A DNA stretch of 64,000 nucleotides from contig OY970399.1 of the NCBI GenBank assembly GCA_963720545.1, positions 3,648,001-3,712,000 of the forward strand, given 5' to 3'. Position numbers and translations under genes: made by a program. This DNA is from an uncultured Acidobacteriota bacterium (lineage in GTDB: Bacteria; Acidobacteriota; Vicinamibacteria; Fen-336). The notes beneath the pieces are model-generated. The model did not search any database. It was not told the DNA's origin and saw only the letters and a list, made by a program, of their open reading frames with translations. Of the stretch, positions 56,209 through 64,000 are shown one piece after another; positions within the stretch are counted from its first letter, which is position 1; every line of letters begins with the position of its first letter.

Positions 56209-58730
56209 GACGTCTGCCCGCGCGCGCTCTCCTATGCGTTTGCGTGCTGTTCGGGGCGTTTGCCCTGGCCGATGAGAACAACCCCGTCTTGCTGGGTCTG
56301 ACGTCAGACCAGACAAGCAGCGCGACGCGGGTCGTCCTCGAGTCCAGTGGCCCGCTGGTGTACACCTATTACACCCCCGATCCGCTCACCCTGGTGGTCG
56401 ACATTCCCGATGCCGACGGCGCGAAGCTGCCGCCGCTCTACTCGGTGTCGAGCCCCGAGGTCGTGAACGTCACGAGCTCGACCGTCAGCCGCCCCGACGG
56501 CCACAGCCTGTCCCGCCTCGAGGTGAAGCTCGCCAAGGCGGTGCAGTACCAGATCTTCAGCGAAGGCAAGACGCTGAACCTGGTGTTCGACCGCGGCGCC
56601 GCCGCCGCGGCGGCCGACAAGCCGACGAACCTCGAGCTGGAGCCGAAGCTCATCGAGACCCCGCCTGCGAAGCAGCCGACCGTGCTGCCCGAGCAGACGG
56701 TCGCAGCCGCACGCCGCAGCCCGACGCCGGCCGCCACGCCCGAGCCCGCGCCCAAGGCCCCTGTCGCCGGAACCGCCACGCGCATCGTCGGCGTGACGCA
56801 CCGGATGACGAACGGCAGCGTTGAAGTCACGGTGAAGGCCGACGGTACGCTGGGTTACGAGGACTTTTTCGTTCCCGATCCGCCGGCGCGCCTCGTGATC
56901 GACATCGTCAACGTCGCAGTCGCGCAGCGCAGCGTGCCGATCAACCAGAACTCGGTGCGGCGCGTGCGCCTTGCGCAGTACAGTCCCGACCCCAAAGTGG
57001 GCCGGCTGGTATTCGACCTCGCGGCGCACACGCCCTACGAGATCACCGACCTCGCCGACGGCATGCGCATCGTCTTCACCGAGCCGCGGACGGCACACGC
57101 GAGCACGGTGACGCCGGTGTTCCAGCCCGCGGTGCTCAGCACCGAGACGCCCGTTGAACAAGCCAAGGTCTCGCTGAAGACGAGCGCCGATCCCGAGCCG
57201 GTCGTTTCCAACCGCGCGCAGGAGCCCGCACCCCAGGTCATGCCCACACCGGCGCCCGCGCCGGTGGTTCTGAGCCGGCCAGTGGTGACGTCGCAGCCGG
57301 CCACGGTCATCGTGCCCGCATCGGTTCGCGCGCAGACGACGCCAGTGACACCGCCGGTCATCAGCACCACTCTGCCCGGGTACGCGAACTCGCCCGGCGG
57401 CATGGTGTCGATGCGCAAGGTCTACACCGGGCACCCGATCTCGCTCGACTTCCGCGAGGGCGACCTGCAGGACATCCTGCGGTTGTTCGCGGATATCAGC
57501 GGCCTCAACATCATCGTGAACCCCGGCGTCGCCGGCAAGGTTACGGTGAAGCTCAACGAGGTTCCCTGGGATCAGGCGCTCGACATCATCCTCAAGAGCC
57601 AGGGCCTGGGACAGGTCACCGAAGACAACGTCATCCGCGTGGCGCCGCTCTCGGCGCTGCAGCGAGAGGAAGACGAGATCCGCAAGCTGAAGGAAAACCA
57701 GGCGCTCGCCGGCGATCTGATTCCCTATCGCAAGAGCCTCAGCTACGCGAAGGTCGCGGACATCGAGGACACGATCAAGAAGGTGGCGCTGTCGCCGCGC
57801 GGCACCATCACCCTCGACACCCGCACCAACACCATCATCATCACCGACCTGCAGAAGAACGTCACCGACGTGCAGGCCCTGATTCTCGACCTCGACCGCC
57901 AGACGCCGCAGGTGGAGATCGAGGCGCGTATCGTGGTGACGAGCCGCAACTTCACGCGCGACGTGGGCGTGCAGTGGGGCTTCCTCAACAAGCAGACCCC
58001 GCAGTACGGCAACACCACCGGCCGCGCGTTCCCGAACTCGATCATCCTGAACGGCGCGGCATCCGCGCCGAGCCAGGGCATCAACCCGCAGCTGGCCTTC
58101 AACCCCGACAGTCAGGGTATCGGGCCAACACCGCGCGGCTATGCCGTCAACCTGCCGGCGGCGTCGTTCACTTCGGGCATCGGCATCTCGCTCGGCAACA
58201 TCCTCGGCAGCTTCAACATCGATGCGGCGCTCACGGCGCTCGAGCGTCAGGGCCGCGGCCGCATCCTGTCGACGCCGAAGGTGACGACGCAGAACAACCA
58301 GGAAGCCGAGATCAAGCAGGGCGTGCAGATTCCGATCGCCATCCAGCAGGCGAGCGGTGGTGCCAGCTTCGCGGCCACCAACGTCCAGTTCAAGGATGCG
58401 TTCCTGATCCTGAAGGTGACGCCGCAGATCACCGACGCCGGCACCGTCATCCTCAAGCTCGAGGTGGAGAACAACTCGCCCGACTTCGCGAACCGGGTGA
58501 ACGGCATCCCGCCGATCAACACGCAGTCCGCGAAGACCATCGTGCTGGTGCGCGACGGCGCCACCACGGTCATCGGCGGCATCTACCAGAGCAGCGAGCA
58601 GTCGACGCTGAACTCGACTCCGTTCTTCGGCAAGCTGCCGATCCTGGGAGCTTTGTTCCGCAACCGGGCGTCCGAGAACCGCAACAACGAGCTGTTGCTG
58701 TTCATCACGCCCAGAATCATCAAGGGGTAA
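56205..58730 (+). CDS. pilQ: Type IV pilus secretin PilQ with two AMIN domains
   Basis: YTG.PISLDF, VPWDQALD, D.RTN, QVEIEARIV, L.VTPQI and ELLLFITPRII motifs. Confidence 0.96.
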   Translation: MRRLPARALLCVCVLFGAFALADENNPVLLGLTSDQTSSATRVVLESSGPLVYTYYTPDPLTLVVDIPDADGAKLPPLYSVSSPEVVNVTSSTVSRPDGHSLSRLEVKLAKAVQYQIFSEGKTLNLVFDRGAAAAAADKPTNLELEPKLIETPPAKQPTVLPEQTVAAARRSPTPAATPEPAPKAPVAGTATRIVGVTHRMTNGSVEVTVKADGTLGYEDFFVPDPPARLVIDIVNVAVAQRSVPINQNSVRRVRLAQYSPDPKVGRLVFDLAAHTPYEITDLADGMRIVFTEPRTAHASTVTPVFQPAVLSTETPVEQAKVSLKTSADPEPVVSNRAQEPAPQVMPTPAPAPVVLSRPVVTSQPATVIVPASVRAQTTPVTPPVISTTLPGYANSPGGMVSMRKVYTGHPISLDFREGDLQDILRLFADISGLNIIVNPGVAGKVTVKLNEVPWDQALDIILKSQGLGQVTEDNVIRVAPLSALQREEDEIRKLKENQALAGDLIPYRKSLSYAKVADIEDTIKKVALSPRGTITLDTRTNTIIITDLQKNVTDVQALILDLDRQTPQVEIEARIVVTSRNFTRDVGVQWGFLNKQTPQYGNTTGRAFPNSIILNGAASAPSQGINPQLAFNPDSQGIGPTPRGYAVNLPAASFTSGIGISLGNILGSFNIDAALTALERQGRGRILSTPKVTTQNNQEAEIKQGVQIPIAIQQASGGASFAATNVQFKDAFLILKVTPQITDAGTVILKLEVENNSPDFANRVNGIPPINTQSAKTIVLVRDGATTVIGGIYQSSEQSTLNSTPFFGKLPILGALFRNRASENRNNELLLFITPRIIKG

Positions 58731-58753
58731 GGGAAGTGAGGAGGAGTTTCGCC

Positions 58754-59368
58754 ATGCGCCCTGCGTTCGCGAGAGTCGCCCTGGTGGCGCTCACCGCAGC
58801 CACGACGGTTTCTTGTGGCATCAGCCCCGACTACGTCCAGCAGGACGAGTCGCAGGTGATCCTGAGGATCACCAACATCACCGCCACTGCCAACGGGGAG
58901 GACGACTCCGCGTTCATGACCTCGGACGTCAGCACCGAGGGCAGCATCTTCAACGACAACGCGGTGCTGACGGTGCAGGCCTTGCTCAAGAACCCAGCCC
59001 TCGGCTCAGCGACGCCTTCCGATGTTCTGCTCGACCGCTACGACATCGTCTACAAGCGCAGCGACGGGCTCAACACCCAGGGCGTCGATGTCCCGTTCTC
59101 GATCAGCTCGGGGATGAATCTGCTGGTTCCGGCTAGCGACGCCGGCACCTCCGGTGCTGAGGCCGCGATCATCGCCGTGCGCCACCAGGCGAAGACCGAG
59201 CCGCCGCTCCGCAACCTGCGCGCGAACGAGAGCGGGCTTGGCGGCGAAAGCATCTTGACCGTCTACGCCGAGATCACCGTCTACGGCCGAACCACTGCCG
59301 GGCAACGCGTCCAGGCCACCGGCAGACTTCAGATTGTTTTTGCCGACTTCGCCGACGAGGGGAACTAG
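58754..59368 (+). CDS. Hypothetical beta-rich lipoprotein
   Basis: RBS GAGGAG; signal peptide with lipobox TVSC. Confidence 0.8.
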   Translation: MRPAFARVALVALTAATTVSCGISPDYVQQDESQVILRITNITATANGEDDSAFMTSDVSTEGSIFNDNAVLTVQALLKNPALGSATPSDVLLDRYDIVYKRSDGLNTQGVDVPFSISSGMNLLVPASDAGTSGAEAAIIAVRHQAKTEPPLRNLRANESGLGGESILTVYAEITVYGRTTAGQRVQATGRLQIVFADFADEGN

Positions 59369-59373
59369 CAGCC

Positions 59374-60147
59374 ATGTGGTCCACAATTCTCAAACAGAAG
59401 CCGTTCGCGACAGCGACGCTCGCTGTCTTGACGCTTGGTTTCCTCATGAGTTGCGGCCTCGACGAGGTCAACGATCCGGGCGCCATCACCGGGCCGGCGG
59501 CGCGCGGCATCCAGCTGAAGATGACCGCGAGCCCGGACACCGTCACCGCCAACGGCAAGGACAAGTCCACGATTCAGGGACGCGTCCTCGGCCCGAATGG
59601 CCAGCCGGTCTCGGGGCAGCAGGTGCTGTTCACCGTCGCTGGCTCGTCGGACGGCACCCTCAACGACAACCCCATCAGCGCCACCGCCGTCACCGACGGA
59701 AGCGGCATCGCTCGTGTCACCTACAAGGCGCCGCCGCGTCCTGACGCGACCGCCACGCAGGTGATCCAGATCAGCGGACACGTGGTCGACGGCGACGCCA
59801 ACGGCATCTGGGAGTCGAGCGTCGGGATCAAGCTGATTTCCGCCGAACCGCGCACGTTCCCGCCGATCCCCGACAACGTCGCACCCACGTGCGAGTTTTC
59901 GGTGCGACCGGCGACCCTGATAGTCGACGCCTTCGACGTGGTCAGCTTCTTCACCGCGGCCCACGACGACACTGGCGAGATCGTCCGCTTCGAGTGGTTC
60001 TTCGGCGACACCGGCAACAAGAACTATGACGACGCTCCCGACGCCGCCCACGTGTACAAGGTGGCGGGCTCCTACACGGTGACCCACGCAGTGACCGACA
60101 GCGGCGGCTTGCAGTCGACCTGTACGAAGACCATCACCGTCAACTAG
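59374..60147 (+). CDS. Lipoprotein with Ig-like (Big_1) and PKD domains
   Basis: Lipobox LMSC; ANGKD.STI..G.PVSG..V.F..TD..G.A.VTY; PKD W.FGD..H.Y..AGSYTV. Confidence 0.85.
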   Translation: MWSTILKQKPFATATLAVLTLGFLMSCGLDEVNDPGAITGPAARGIQLKMTASPDTVTANGKDKSTIQGRVLGPNGQPVSGQQVLFTVAGSSDGTLNDNPISATAVTDGSGIARVTYKAPPRPDATATQVIQISGHVVDGDANGIWESSVGIKLISAEPRTFPPIPDNVAPTCEFSVRPATLIVDAFDVVSFFTAAHDDTGEIVRFEWFFGDTGNKNYDDAPDAAHVYKVAGSYTVTHAVTDSGGLQSTCTKTITVN

Positions 60148-60181
60148 CCACCACATCTCCCGGGATGTGACCTGAGCACGG

Positions 60182-61018
60182 ATGGCTGAGTCGGCACGAG
60201 TAACGGAGTTACGGCGAAGGCTGGAGACGGACCCCGAGTCTCCAGCCTTTGGCCCGCTCGCCGAGGAGTTGCGGCGACAGGGCAACCTGGAAGAAGCCAT
60301 CAGAATCTGCCGCGCGGGCCTCGACCGCCATCCCGGCTTCCTGTCGGGCCACATGACTCTGGGGCGCGCATTGTCGGCTTCCGGCGACGACGCTGGTGCG
60401 ACCGCGGCGTTCGAGTCGGTGCTCTCGGTCGCTCCCGACAACCTGCTCGCGAGCCGCCTGCTGGCCGATATCTACGAGAAGGAAGGCCGGTTCGAGGAGG
60501 CGAAGTCGTGCCTCGAAAAGGCTCAGCGCTACACCGTCAAGGAGCCGACGATCGGCGTGCGGATCGCCGACCTGGCGAAGCGGCTGCAGGAGACAGAAGC
60601 GCGCGCGCCCGTGCATTCAGCGGTGACGCCGAAAGCTGCGGAAGCCATTGCGCTGCCGCCACCGGCACTTGAGGCGCCACACGGCGCCTGGGGCAGGAAC
60701 GCCAAAGACGCGCCCACCGAACATTTCGATGCGCCTGCGACCTTCATACTGCCCGACTTCGAGAGCCTGGCGGCACCCGAGCCGGCGCCGGCCGCGGCCG
60801 CGGAGTTCGCCACACCGACGCTCGGCCACCTCTACCTGCAGCAGGGCGCGCCGGCGGAAGCGGCGGACGCCTTTCGCGCTGTGCTCGACCGCGAACCGGA
60901 GAACCCGCGGGCGCTCGCCGGGCTCGACAGCATGGCGGCTGAACCGGTCCTGATCCACGCGCAGATCGCACGGCTCGAGCAATGGCTCCGGGCCGCACAG
61001 TCGCTGAGGAGGGTCTAG
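60182..61018 (+). CDS. TPR protein
   Basis: DP.S..F..LAEE.R..G.LEEA...C..GL..HP N-terminal TPRs; C-terminal T.TL..LY.QQG. Confidence 0.88.
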   Translation: MAESARVTELRRRLETDPESPAFGPLAEELRRQGNLEEAIRICRAGLDRHPGFLSGHMTLGRALSASGDDAGATAAFESVLSVAPDNLLASRLLADIYEKEGRFEEAKSCLEKAQRYTVKEPTIGVRIADLAKRLQETEARAPVHSAVTPKAAEAIALPPPALEAPHGAWGRNAKDAPTEHFDAPATFILPDFESLAAPEPAPAAAAEFATPTLGHLYLQQGAPAEAADAFRAVLDREPENPRALAGLDSMAAEPVLIHAQIARLEQWLRAAQSLRRV

Positions 61019-61021
61019 GCC

Positions 61022-61381
61022 GTGTCCTTCAGAGATCAGTTGCAGGCAGTCGTCGCCCGCGTCCCGGAAGCAGAAGTGGTGATGATCGTCGCCAAGGACG
61101 GCATTCCGGTGGAAACGATCACCACGAAGCCGCAGGCGGAGCTCGATGACGTCGCCGCCCTCTACGCGAACCTCTTGCGCTCCAGCGTCTCGGCAGCCGA
61201 CGCCGCGGGCCATGGGCAGCTGCAGGACCTGACGGTGGTGGGCGAGCGCTCCACGGCGCTGCTGCACGCCATCACCAACGACTACGCGCTGTTCGCGGTG
61301 CTGGCCAACGGCGCCATCATCGGCCGCGCCCGCTACGCCCTGCGCCTCGCCGGTATAGCACTGCGTCCTGAGTTCCAGTAG
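61022..61381 (+). CDS. Roadblock/LC7 domain protein (MglB/MglC-like)
   Basis: IVAKDGIPV and GRARY.LR motifs; 119 aa. Confidence 0.88.
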   Translation: MSFRDQLQAVVARVPEAEVVMIVAKDGIPVETITTKPQAELDDVAALYANLLRSSVSAADAAGHGQLQDLTVVGERSTALLHAITNDYALFAVLANGAIIGRARYALRLAGIALRPEFQ

Positions 61382-61405
61382 AGTCCCGTATGGGAGCGCA
61401 GCGGA

Positions 61406-61882
<477 letters not shown>

Positions 61883-61904
61883 GCGCGGCGAAAGGCCGCC
61901 GCCC

Positions 61905-64000
<2,096 letters not shown>

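Overview
A high-GC bacterial chromosomal segment. Gene content and order suggest Acidobacteriota, possibly Vicinamibacteria (inference, not verified). The left ~4 kb is accessory DNA at a tRNA-Ala(GGC) gene (3934-4009, minus). A duplicate of the tRNA 3' half (1041-1086) brackets a 2.85-kb integrase-less islet carrying TetR, an SDR and an NADP-dependent oxidoreductase, with two matching palindromic operators. More foreign-looking DNA lies to its left. The rest is mostly core or metabolic: ECF sigma/anti-sigma, DegP plus a two-component pair, amino-acid/amine catabolism genes, an ACP-FAAL-acyltransferase fusion, HU, ftsB, rnc, mnmA, lipA, cysteine desulfurase, thiolase, acyl-CoA dehydrogenase, glpX, pilMNOPQ with downstream lipoprotein/TPR/roadblock genes, accBC and folD. 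Most notable oddities: a ~180-nt rod-shaped candidate ncRNA (11414-11595); a 111-aa protein that is ~75% Asp/Glu, upstream of lipA, with its RBS inside a hairpin; a DUF6788-like Cys/His protein coupled to ftsB under a promoter with a perfect inverted repeat; a secreted S1/P1 nuclease-phosphodiesterase fusion; and widespread leaderless-style promoters. About 14 frameshifts in conserved genes are most likely sequencing errors. All family calls come from motif recognition by eye; no database searches were run.
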